A program made the position numbers and the translations under genes. Shown here piece by piece: positions 17,300 to 25,021 of a stretch of 32,000 nt of DNA (position 1 is the stretch's first letter; each line of letters starts with the position of its first letter). The notes under the pieces were generated by a model that saw nothing but the letters and a program-made list of their open reading frames with translations, did not search any database and was not told the origin of the DNA. The stretch spans positions 660,001-692,000 of the forward strand of contig NC_003364.1 in assembly GCF_000007225.1 (NCBI RefSeq), given 5' to 3'. Source of the DNA: Pyrobaculum aerophilum str. IM2. GTDB taxonomy: Archaea; Thermoproteota; Thermoprotei; Thermoproteales; Thermoproteaceae.

Positions 17300-17616
17300 A
17301 TAATCCTCTTCCAATAGCGCATGGCGTCTCTCAACACGGCGGACTTGATCTCTCCCAGCTCCTCCGGCGCGTAGGGCAAGACGTCAAAACTGTGTTTTAA
17401 GTCGAGGCGCGCCTCCACCTTAGCCACTAGCTCCAGCCGCCTCAGCCAAGGCATTCCTCTAAACGCAGGCGAGACGATTACTATATCAACATCGCTGTCA
17501 TAGAGCCAATCCCCCCTAGCCCAGGAGCCGAAGAGATAAACGGCATCAACCTCAACGCCCTCCCGCCTAAGTGCCTCTACTAGCTTTAAGATTTCGTCAA
17601 CAACTTCCTTCGCCAT
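17296..17616 (-). CDS. Minimal nucleotidyltransferase (MNT), antitoxin-type partner of HEPN
   Basis: 106 aa with the Pol-beta-superfamily motif YLFGSWARGDWLYDSDVDIVIVS. The start overlaps the HEPN 3' end by 20 nt. Confidence 0.85.
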   Translation of the reverse strand: MAKEVVDEILKLVEALRREGVEVDAVYLFGSWARGDWLYDSDVDIVIVSPAFRGMPWLRRLELVAKVEARLDLKHSFDVLPYAPEELGEIKSAVLRDAMRYWKRII

Positions 17617-18004
17617 ATATAAGCGAGGCGAGTCTAATTAACTCCTTGGCAATTTCCAAGGCGTATTCAGCCTCGCGTTTAGTGAAAAGCTCAGAGGGGG
17701 GACCGCCGGCGGCGTCTGGATATCTAGAAGTGGCGTAGTATTTAGTGAGAACTGCCAGCCCGTCGACCAGCTGGGGCGAGAGCTCTGCCCCGTGTTGTTT
17801 AAGCTCTCTGTACAGTTCTAACAAGTTGTGCCTTTTGGGAGGCTCTCTCCTCGCAAAGACATAGAAAAGGGATTTTAACACTTTCTCTGCCGCTTGATGG
17901 GAGTAAAAGGCAGAGGAGTGGTAAACCCCCGCGTTAAATAAAAGCTCGGCGGTTTTGCAGTCGCGGATCCCCTCTCTGAACCACATTAATGCCTCTTCCC
18001 TCAT
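17597..18004 (-). CDS. HEPN domain protein (toxin-type partner of MNT)
   Basis: 135 aa. YSHQAAEKVLKSL ... HNLLELY ... YYATSRYPD is the classical HEPN (kanamycin-NTase-associated type) pattern. Confidence 0.85.
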   Translation of the reverse strand: MREEALMWFREGIRDCKTAELLFNAGVYHSSAFYSHQAAEKVLKSLFYVFARREPPKRHNLLELYRELKQHGAELSPQLVDGLAVLTKYYATSRYPDAAGGPPSELFTKREAEYALEIAKELIRLASLIYGEGSC

Positions 18005-18882
18005 GTCACCTGCTCCAGTACTATCCCCCTGCCGGACTCAATTCTAACTCTAAACGCCTTAGACTCATGCGCCGTCATTCTCATCTTTTTAATAATAAGC
18101 CAGCGGCGCACCTCCTTTGCCGTCTCCACGTCGTCCATCCACATGTGAATCACGCCGTCGGCGATATGCTCTAAGCCGAAGCCGTAAGCCTGCCGCGTAG
18201 TTGGCGCATACTGGCTTGTGAGCATCGCCGTCACGTTATCCCTATGCGTGGCGATTTTCAACTGGTACGAGTACTTACGGGCCATGACCGGCTTATCAAC
18301 CCAGAAGGCTGACATGGAGTCTATCACCAGCCTCACGTGGCGCTCCGGCGTCCCCTTCTCCCCGGCCACCGCCAAGATGTGATAGGCCTCGTTTATTGCT
18401 TCAATTAACGTGTCAATTGACAAAGCGGCATAGCGCTTAACTTTCTCAGGGCTCTCCTCCTTTGACTTTTCCGTCAACTGTCTCGCCACTTTTAAAAGGC
18501 CGAAGATATCTATCACCACAATCTCCGGCAACTCCTCCGGCTCTTTCTTCCACGCGATGTTATACACTGAAAACCGGGAGAAGTCCATGCCCAGTTGCTT
18601 GGCCTGCTCCATAACGTCTCTAAACTCCTGCTCCGTTGTGACGTACACCACCGGATCCCCGGCCCTCAGCCCGGCGTAGGCGAAGTGAATACAGAGAATA
18701 GACTTCCCCACTCCCGGCTCACCAGTCACTACAACCCAGCTGCCTTGGGGGATGCCCCCCTCCAACGCCTTGTCCAACACATCAACGCCTGTAGATATCC
18801 TCTTCACGAAAAACTCCGGAGAGGGGGTTAAAAAAGCTGTGAGCCCCTCAAGCAGTAACATACAATGCATAGGCCAGGGCAA
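18001..18882 (-). CDS. KaiC-like / RecA-superfamily ATPase (single domain)
   Basis: ISTGVDVLDKALEGGIPQGSWVVVTGEPGVGKS (Walker A) and RLVIDSMSAF (Walker B) are present. Start candidates are TTG 18882, ATG 18870 and ATG 18861. TATA-like TTTTAATTC (minus strand, about 18911-18920) lies upstream. The stop shares ATGA with the HEPN start. Confidence 0.8.
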   Translation of the reverse strand: MPWPMHCMLLLEGLTAFLTPSPEFFVKRISTGVDVLDKALEGGIPQGSWVVVTGEPGVGKSILCIHFAYAGLRAGDPVVYVTTEQEFRDVMEQAKQLGMDFSRFSVYNIAWKKEPEELPEIVVIDIFGLLKVARQLTEKSKEESPEKVKRYAALSIDTLIEAINEAYHILAVAGEKGTPERHVRLVIDSMSAFWVDKPVMARKYSYQLKIATHRDNVTAMLTSQYAPTTRQAYGFGLEHIADGVIHMWMDDVETAKEVRRWLIIKKMRMTAHESKAFRVRIESGRGIVLEQVT

Positions 18883-19223
18883 CCTCTCAACACGTCGTGC
18901 ACCATCTCGCGAATTAAAACCGCCAAGCTTCAGGTACTAGCTTAAATAACCACACTCTAAACTCATCGCAACGACTAGAAAGCGGAGGGCAATTCCTTTA
19001 TATTGCGACTGCTCCCGCAGAGCTGGTTTTAAGGCTTGCGGCAATTACCGCATTATCGTAAAGAACCTGTCCGCCTCTCAGCTAGTTTTTAACCACATCT
19101 ACAGATTTGTCGCATTTACATGTGCGGTCAAAGCCGCGGGAGAGGGGGAATTACCAAAGGCCTTGTGCTCGCGCTGTGGGTAAAACACTGCATATCTATT
19201 TAAGGCTGGCCTATCCCCTCCAC

Positions 19224-19526
19224 ATGGCCAAAATGGTAGTAAGCCTCTCGGTGGTGCCCTTGGGCACGGGCTCGCCCAGCGTGTCGAAATACGTGGCTAG
19301 AGTGACGGAGATAATTAAGTCCTCGGGTTTGAAATACAAGACGGGGGCAGGGTTTACCGATATCGAGATGGACTCCTATCAGCAATTAGCCGACTTGCTG
19401 GGCAAAATCGAAGAGGCGCTGATAGGAATGGGAGTTCAACGCATTTCTATAACTATTAAAATCGACCGCAGGCTTGACAAGGAGTTACACATTGAGGAAA
19501 AAATCGCAAAGGCGGAAGGCTTATAA
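19224..19526 (+). CDS. MTH1187/YkoF-family (UPF0045, thiamine-binding-like) small protein
   Basis: The ~100-aa product MAKMVVSLSVVPLGTGSPSVSKYVARV... is typical of the family. TATA TATTTAAG (19197-19204) lies 24 nt upstream of ATG 19224, so the longer ORF from 19107 is rejected. Confidence 0.8.
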   Translation: MAKMVVSLSVVPLGTGSPSVSKYVARVTEIIKSSGLKYKTGAGFTDIEMDSYQQLADLLGKIEEALIGMGVQRISITIKIDRRLDKELHIEEKIAKAEGL

Positions 19527-19537
19527 ACCCATTGTCG

Positions 19538-19543
19538 TTTTTT
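19538..19543 (+). terminator. Oligo-T terminator
   Basis: A T6 run lies 12 nt after the stop at 19524-19526. Confidence 0.45.
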
Positions 19544-19600
19544 ATACGGCAGGATCAGCCCCAGAGCCGGCCGGACGGCCGCCTGTGATAGGGGCCCCGG

Positions 19601-19942
19601 TCAAAACCTCTGTTTGTTCTTCTCGAGCTTTTTAAAAAACTCCCGCTCCAAGTCCAGCTCCAGTAGGCCGGCCATGGTTATGACGTAGATAAACACGTCC
19701 GTCAGCTCCTCGGCCAGAGCCTCTTTCACATCGCCGAGCTTAACGTCGCCACGCCCGTAGACAACGCTCCTCACAACCTTCTTGACAATATTTGCCGCCT
19801 CGCCAACCTCTCCCGCTAGGGCGTTTGTAAAATACTCAAGTCTCAGCGCTAGATCTTTCTCATCTTTTATGTCCCAAAACTGGGGGACTTTCTCCTGGGA
19901 GAAGGCGGTCTGTATTTTCACAATCTCCCTTAACTCCACCAC
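19601..19942 (-). CDS. MazG-like all-alpha nucleoside triphosphate pyrophosphohydrolase
   Basis: 113 aa. The pattern LAGEVGEAANIVKK ... LAEELTDVFIYVITMA matches the MazG metal-binding EExxE/D helices. Confidence 0.8.
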   Translation of the reverse strand: MVELREIVKIQTAFSQEKVPQFWDIKDEKDLALRLEYFTNALAGEVGEAANIVKKVVRSVVYGRGDVKLGDVKEALAEELTDVFIYVITMAGLLELDLEREFFKKLEKNKQRF

Positions 19943-20017
19943 GTATACAGCCCCCAGGCTTTAATAACAACGCGTTAACATAAATATTGTGTAAAAAATC
20001 CCCGTGCCAATAACGCC

Positions 20018-20320
20018 ATGTTCACAGTTGAGCTGTACCCAGCCCTCTACCTAAGGGCGGAGGGCGCCAGGCGGTATAGAGTGAATTGGTACAGAGTATT
20101 CGGCAGATCCGACTTCCTCTGGCACCCGCGCCACCAGTTTATCTCCAGAAGGCACTTCGCTGTGGGTTACGAAGAGGGCGTTTATTTCGTAGAAGACTTG
20201 GGCAGCACTAACGGCACGTTTTTAAACGGAGTGGACATTAGAGGGAAGGGAAGGGCGAGGCTTCAGCCAGGAGATGTGATAAACGTGGCCGGGGTTTTGG
20301 AGCTGGCGGTGGAATTTTAA
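20018..20320 (+). CDS. Stand-alone FHA domain protein
   Basis: 100 aa with FGRSD ... ISRRHFAV ... YFVEDLGSTNGTFLNG ... LQPGDVI, which is the full FHA signature (GR, SxxH, NG). Confidence 0.85.
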   Translation: MFTVELYPALYLRAEGARRYRVNWYRVFGRSDFLWHPRHQFISRRHFAVGYEEGVYFVEDLGSTNGTFLNGVDIRGKGRARLQPGDVINVAGVLELAVEF

Positions 20321-20339
20321 TGTAGGATGCGAGTAGTGC

Positions 20340-20669
20340 GTGATAGAGGTAGTAGCCATAGTGCCCGTTGAGGTGGGCATTTGCAAAACTTGCGACCAAG
20401 TGGCCAATGTCTTTAAAATTAAAATGAGGGAGGAGCTCCCCTACGGCGCTGGGGACTTAGACGCGTTGCTACAGGCGTTATCTAAGGCCGAGCCTCACTC
20501 CGTTAGGTTTACAAGCCCCTTCACTCTCAGAGGCCTTTTCCTAATGATTAAATACAAGACTGGGAAGTTGCCCTTAGTAATAGCCAACGGCAAGCTCGTC
20601 CACTCGGGGCCTGTGAAATACCCCGATGAATTGTTAAAAAAGCTAAGGGCCGCATTAGAGATAGGATAA
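20340..20669 (+). CDS. Small thioredoxin-fold-like protein with a CxxC motif
   Basis: A beta strand followed by CKTC at a helix N-terminus, then LPLVIANGKLV (cis-Pro-like) and a C-terminal helix, fits a Trx/Grx-like fold. GTG start. The gene lies 20 nt downstream of the FHA gene. Confidence 0.45.
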   Translation: MIEVVAIVPVEVGICKTCDQVANVFKIKMREELPYGAGDLDALLQALSKAEPHSVRFTSPFTLRGLFLMIKYKTGKLPLVIANGKLVHSGPVKYPDELLKKLRAALEIG

Positions 20670-21734
20670 GATCCTGTGGAAGGTGTCCCTCAAGGCGGGC
20701 CTCCTCCCGGCCTCTCTCGCAATTGCGGCGAGCTCTTCGGCAGTGGCGTTGTGTTGCGCCCCCGCGGATGTGAGCACTGCCTCGTTGTACATAGTGCCCA
20801 CGAGGTCGTTTGCGCCGGAGAGGAGCAACGTCGACGCCAGTTTTTTCCCCACAGAGAGCCAGTAGGCGCCCACCTTCAGCCTGTCTTTTAAAATTAGCCT
20901 GGCAATGGCCACGACTTTTACGTCATATGTAGAGGGTGCAGGCCTGGCGACTACGCCGCGGGCGGCCAGCTCAGTGTTTAAAGGGTTGAACTTCACGGGT
21001 ATGAACAACATGAGCCCCCCGGTCCTTTCCTGTAGCTCTTTAATACGGAAGAGGTGGTCCACTACGTGTTCTACTCTCTCCACGTGGCCGTAGAGCATTG
21101 TGGCGTTGCTGGGGATGCCCATTTCGTGGGCCACTTCTGCGATTTTCACCCACTCCTCGCCGGAGATTTTATGCGGCGATATAATCCTCCTCACCTCTTC
21201 GGCGAAAATCTCAGCGCCTCCGCCCGATATGGCGTCTAGCCCGGCCTCTTTCCACCTGGACAGGACCTCCCTCCAGCTCGTTTTCCAAAGCCTTGCGTAA
21301 TAATCAACCTCGGCCATGGTGGGGCCCTTTATAGTTATGTGCGGCGCCCTCTTTTTCACAGCTCTAAACAACTCGTCGAAGTACTCGGGGGCGATGAAGG
21401 GGTTAAACCCGCCGTTTATGTGTAATTCAGTCACGCCGTATTGCCTGTGGAAAAACTCCACCATCGCCGCCACCTCCTCGGGGCTCCGCAGATAGCCCTC
21501 TTTGTGGCCGGGGAGTCTATAAAAGGCACAAATGGGGCATTTAGCCACGCAGATATTACTGTAGTTAATCACTACGTTGTTCACAAACGTTACCACGTCG
21601 CCGAAGTATTTCCTAGTGAGCTCGTCAGCGACTTTAGCCAAGGTAAAGACGTCGGCCTCTTTCATGAGAAAAACAGCATCAGATCTGTCAAGCCCCCTCT
21701 CGGCCATTTCTAAAACCTCCGGGACTGCGGGCAC
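20655..21734 (-). CDS. Radical SAM enzyme of the MqnC/MqnE (futalosine pathway) / CofH-like family
   Basis: CX3CX2C cluster motif NICVAKCPICAF, TIM-barrel length, GGAEIF and MLYGHVE motifs. GTG 21732-21734 lies about 25 nt from TATA TTTTTATAAG (21754-21763). ATG 21707 is the alternative start. Confidence 0.85.
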   Translation of the reverse strand: MPAVPEVLEMAERGLDRSDAVFLMKEADVFTLAKVADELTRKYFGDVVTFVNNVVINYSNICVAKCPICAFYRLPGHKEGYLRSPEEVAAMVEFFHRQYGVTELHINGGFNPFIAPEYFDELFRAVKKRAPHITIKGPTMAEVDYYARLWKTSWREVLSRWKEAGLDAISGGGAEIFAEEVRRIISPHKISGEEWVKIAEVAHEMGIPSNATMLYGHVERVEHVVDHLFRIKELQERTGGLMLFIPVKFNPLNTELAARGVVARPAPSTYDVKVVAIARLILKDRLKVGAYWLSVGKKLASTLLLSGANDLVGTMYNEAVLTSAGAQHNATAEELAAIAREAGRRPALRDTFHRILSYL

Positions 21735-21794
21735 GGTTGAGCTGTGTTTCCCATTTTTATAAGTTATGAAAATTTTAATGTAGTCAACGCATTG
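21735..21794. promoter_or_regulatory. Bidirectional promoter between the two radical SAM paralogues
   Basis: A 60-nt AT-rich spacer holds two TATA-like elements (21754-21763 and 21768-21779), each about 25 nt from the divergent start codons 21734 (-) and 21795 (+). Confidence 0.55.
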
Positions 21795-22859
21795 ATGGTG
21801 GTGCGGGCCGTATCCGCTGAGGCTCCGAAGAGAGAGGAGATAGAGGAGCTTTTAAAAACGGACTTGTGGGAGTTGGGAAGGAGGGCCTACGAGATCAGGC
21901 GGCGGCTATACGGAGATGTCGCCACTTTTATTCCAAACATGGTTCTCAATTATACAAACGTGTGTGTAGTGGGCTGTAGCTTCTGCGCCTTTTACAGGCC
22001 TCCGCGGCATCGCGAGGCGTATACTTACTCTGTGGAGGATGCGGTAAAGAGAGTCCTCGAGGTCGACGCGCGGTATGGCATTAGACAAGTGCTTATACAG
22101 GGAGGCGTCAATCCCGAAATTGGGATTGAGTACTTTGAGGGACTCTTCCGCGCTATTAAATCTAAGGCTCCTCACATTGCCATACATGCCCTCTCGCCCC
22201 TCGAGGTTGAGTATCTGGCCAGGAGGGAGAGGGCGTCTTACAGGGAGATTTTGGAGAGGTTGAAAGAGGCGGGGATGGAGTCAATGCCCGGGGGAGGGGG
22301 CGAGATTTTAGTAGACGAAGTGAGGAAAATTATTTCGCCTAAGAAAATCGACAGCGAGACTTGGCTCAGAATTATGGAGGAGGCCCATAAATTGGGCATC
22401 CCCTCGTCGGCCACTATGATGTACGGCCACGTCGAGTCTCTAAGGGATATTGCAGAGCACTTGTATAAAATAGCGCAGTTACAAGCCAAGACCGGGGGCT
22501 TTATGGCCTTTATTGCGTGGAACTTCGAGCCTGGAACTAGCGAGTTGGGGAGGAAGATACCCCATCCGAAGACCTCGGCCACTTTATTGAGAATGGTGGC
22601 AGTGGCGAGAATTGTCTTTAACGGCCTCATCCCCCACATACAAGCTGGATGGCTTACAGCGGGCCCAGAGACGGCGCAACTTGCTCTGTACTTCGGCGCG
22701 GACGACTTCGGAGGCACTTTATACGACGAGAAAGTGCTGGAGTGGAAAAGGGCAGAGGCGCCTATAGACAAAAAAGAAGACGTAATTGCCATCATAAGAG
22801 GGACGGGCTTCCGCCCTGCGGAGCGGGATAATTTATACAGAATTGTACGCTATTTCTAA
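21795..22859 (+). CDS. Radical SAM enzyme of the MqnC/MqnE family (paralogue of 20655-21734)
   Basis: NVCVVGCSFCAF, GGGEIL and MMYGHVE are colinear with the divergent neighbour. ATG 21795 is preferred over GTG 21744 because the latter would lie inside the shared promoter. Confidence 0.85.
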   Translation: MVVRAVSAEAPKREEIEELLKTDLWELGRRAYEIRRRLYGDVATFIPNMVLNYTNVCVVGCSFCAFYRPPRHREAYTYSVEDAVKRVLEVDARYGIRQVLIQGGVNPEIGIEYFEGLFRAIKSKAPHIAIHALSPLEVEYLARRERASYREILERLKEAGMESMPGGGGEILVDEVRKIISPKKIDSETWLRIMEEAHKLGIPSSATMMYGHVESLRDIAEHLYKIAQLQAKTGGFMAFIAWNFEPGTSELGRKIPHPKTSATLLRMVAVARIVFNGLIPHIQAGWLTAGPETAQLALYFGADDFGGTLYDEKVLEWKRAEAPIDKKEDVIAIIRGTGFRPAERDNLYRIVRYF

Positions 22860-23460
22860 TGACGCTGTTATTTCGGCAATTTTTTATACTCTTGGTTACT
22901 TTTTGCGCGTGGAGATAGAGATATTTAGCAGTCGGAGCGCTTGGTTTTATAACATTTTAGTGTCTCTCAAACTATTTCAATGGGCGTACGGCTTGGCGTA
23001 TAGGAGAATATCTAAATTAGCCCCGCCGGGGAGCCGGGTGTTAGAAATAGGACCCGGCGTCGGCGAGTTGTTGAAAATTCTCGACAAGGGCGGCTACGCG
23101 GCAGTGGGGTTGGACATATCTCCGCCGATGTTAAAATACGCCCAGCGCAGAGCCCCGGGCGTATCGGTGGCAGGGGCTAGTTTCAAGGCCCCGCTGAGAG
23201 ACGGGGCTTTTGACGCCGCCGTTGCGCTGTTTACGTTACACCACTGGGGCGACCACGAGCCCTCAGTGCACGAGATCTGGCGCCTACTTAAACCGGGAGG
23301 TTACTTCATCGCCGTGGAAGTGGATTTGCACAGAATGCCCCTGGTGGGGTCGCACGGCTGTACTGAGGAGTGTATGAAGAGGGTTTTGGGAATGAAATTC
23401 GCAGTCACTATTGAGCGGCCTTTTCCCCTATTAGTAGCTGTGGCGAGGAAGACCCAGTGA
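22843..23460 (+). CDS. Class I SAM-dependent methyltransferase (UbiE/MenG-like by context)
   Basis: Motif I VLEIGPGVGELL, plus post-I GLDISPPML and LKPGGYF. The TTG start overlaps the upstream gene by 17 nt, so the start is uncertain. Confidence 0.75.
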   Translation: MYAISNDAVISAIFYTLGYFLRVEIEIFSSRSAWFYNILVSLKLFQWAYGLAYRRISKLAPPGSRVLEIGPGVGELLKILDKGGYAAVGLDISPPMLKYAQRRAPGVSVAGASFKAPLRDGAFDAAVALFTLHHWGDHEPSVHEIWRLLKPGGYFIAVEVDLHRMPLVGSHGCTEECMKRVLGMKFAVTIERPFPLLVAVARKTQ

Positions 23461-23602
23461 AAAAAAAGGCTAGTTTGTGGATTTCTCGCCGCTTTTCTTC
23501 TTCTTACAAGGCATGTTGGAAAAAAGTGATGCGTCTTAAAAGCAGTATTTTTGTCAAAAGTATTTCACACATAATGTTATAAAGCGGTGGCATCCCCCTG
23601 TT

Positions 23603-24319
23603 GTGAAAGTGGTGAGGATTAAATACGCCCACAGCGAGCCGCTTTTCTGGAGGGCGAGGCTGAACGTGGTAGAGGCGGGTAACTTAGAGTCAGCCCGCCT
23701 AATTGCCGAGGGGGTAGCGGAGGTCGGCTATGTCCCAATAACTCTAGCCGCTGAGCTGGGCCTCCCAGTTGTGCCCCGACTTGCCATTTACAGCGCGGGG
23801 CCTATATACTCAGCCAGGCTGTTCGCGGGGAGGGGAGGCGGCGGCCCGTGCGCCGTGTCGGAGACTACCGTCAGCGCCCGCGTCCTTACTAAACTTATGG
23901 GAATTAGCTTTAGGAAAATTGACGACCCGTGGCGCGGGCTGGAGGAGTGCTCCCAGGTGTTAGCAGTCGGAGACGAGGCTTTAAAAATGGTGGACAAAGG
24001 GGTGGGGCACATAACCGACGTGGGAGAGCTCTGGTGGGAGAGAGTGGGAACGCCCCTCTTCTTCGCAGTGCTAGTGGCGAGGCGGTGGGACGCTGAGGTG
24101 AAAAGGGCCGTGGAGGAGATGGAGAACTCAGTGGCCGCGTTTTACGAAAACCCCCTGCCGCTAGTGGAACAAGTGGCCAGGAGGCTAGGCGTGAGGAGGG
24201 AGCTAGTCGAAGAGTACTATATGCGGTCCCGCTACTTTGTGCCGCGAGACGGAATTCGCCATATGGAGAGAGAGGCGGAGATACTCGGACTCCCCCGCCT
24301 CAAGTTTCTTGATGTTTAA
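23603..24319 (+). CDS. MqnA/MqnD-family (periplasmic-binding-fold) menaquinone biosynthesis protein, MqnA-like
   Basis: 238 aa. The N-terminus VRIKYAHSEPLFW ... AEGVAEVGYVPI resembles the MqnA pattern (ylN..Pl ... g.lD.a.is). The gene sits next to the two Mqn-type radical SAM genes. GTG start, with TATA GTTATAAAG about 25 nt upstream. Confidence 0.65.
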   Translation: MKVVRIKYAHSEPLFWRARLNVVEAGNLESARLIAEGVAEVGYVPITLAAELGLPVVPRLAIYSAGPIYSARLFAGRGGGGPCAVSETTVSARVLTKLMGISFRKIDDPWRGLEECSQVLAVGDEALKMVDKGVGHITDVGELWWERVGTPLFFAVLVARRWDAEVKRAVEEMENSVAAFYENPLPLVEQVARRLGVRRELVEEYYMRSRYFVPRDGIRHMEREAEILGLPRLKFLDV

Positions 24320-25021
24320 GCCCCCCAACGGCTTTTACAAAGGCCTCTTCTAAATTCCCCGCGGCGTACTTCTCTTTGAGTTTTTCGGGCGGTCCGCTGT
24401 CTATAACAACGCCTCTGTTTATAAAATAGACGTATTGACTCACTGACTCCACCTCGAGCATATTGTGGCTGGAGTACACCACAGAGGCCCCCCTAGTCTT
24501 TACGTACTCTCTTATCAGCCTCCTTATCTCCACGGCGTGTACGACGTCAATCCCAGCCGTCGGCTCGTCCAGCAACAACGCCCTTGCGCCGACGGTTAAC
24601 AACGCCGCCAGCACCAGCCTCCTCTTCATGCCCTTAGAATACGTCTTTATCTTGTCGTCCACCCTGGGGCCCAGGCCCGAAATCTCAATGGCCTCTTTTA
24701 AATCCCCCCGCCCGTAGAGGCCGTGGACAAATTCAATAAACGCCCTTCCCGTGAGGTTGTCATACGGAGAGACTTCCTCCGGCAGATAGGCAACCCACCT
24801 CTTCACTTCTCTGAACTTGGGGCTGTCCGTCCTGACGCCCAAAACCTCTGCGTATCCCCCATCAGGCTTTAAAAGGCCCGCGAGGATTCTCAAAGTAGTA
24901 GTCTTCCCAGCGCCGTTAGGCCCCACCAACCCCGCCACCACTCCCACTCCCACCTCCAATGAAACCCCCGCAGAGCCTCGACGCCGCCGAAGCGTTTATA
25001 AAGCCCCACTGCGCGTATCAT
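24300..25021 (-). pseudogene. ABC transporter ATP-binding protein, interrupted by a 1-nt frameshift in a C5 (minus-strand G5) run
   Basis: Walker A GPNGAGKTT, signature YSKGMKRRL and Walker B LLLDEP lie in ORF 24300-24959. The normal N-terminus MIRAVGLYKRFGGVEALRG is in another frame and starts at ATG 25019-25021, which shares ATGA with the permease stop. The frames meet at CCCCC 24965-24969. 722 nt + 1 = 723 restores a 240-aa protein. Confidence 0.8.

Noticed and set aside
19107-19223. A long N-terminal extension of the MTH1187-like ORF (start at 19107).
   Set aside because: The extension is basic and low-complexity, and it covers the TATA box (19197-19204) that fits ATG 19224. Family members are about 100 aa.
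23468-23514. A 14-codon minus-strand mini-ORF (MPCKKKKSGEKSTN) in the AT-rich spacer before the MqnA-like gene.
   Set aside because: It is too short and has no promoter or conservation evidence. It lies within what looks like the promoter region of 23603-24319.
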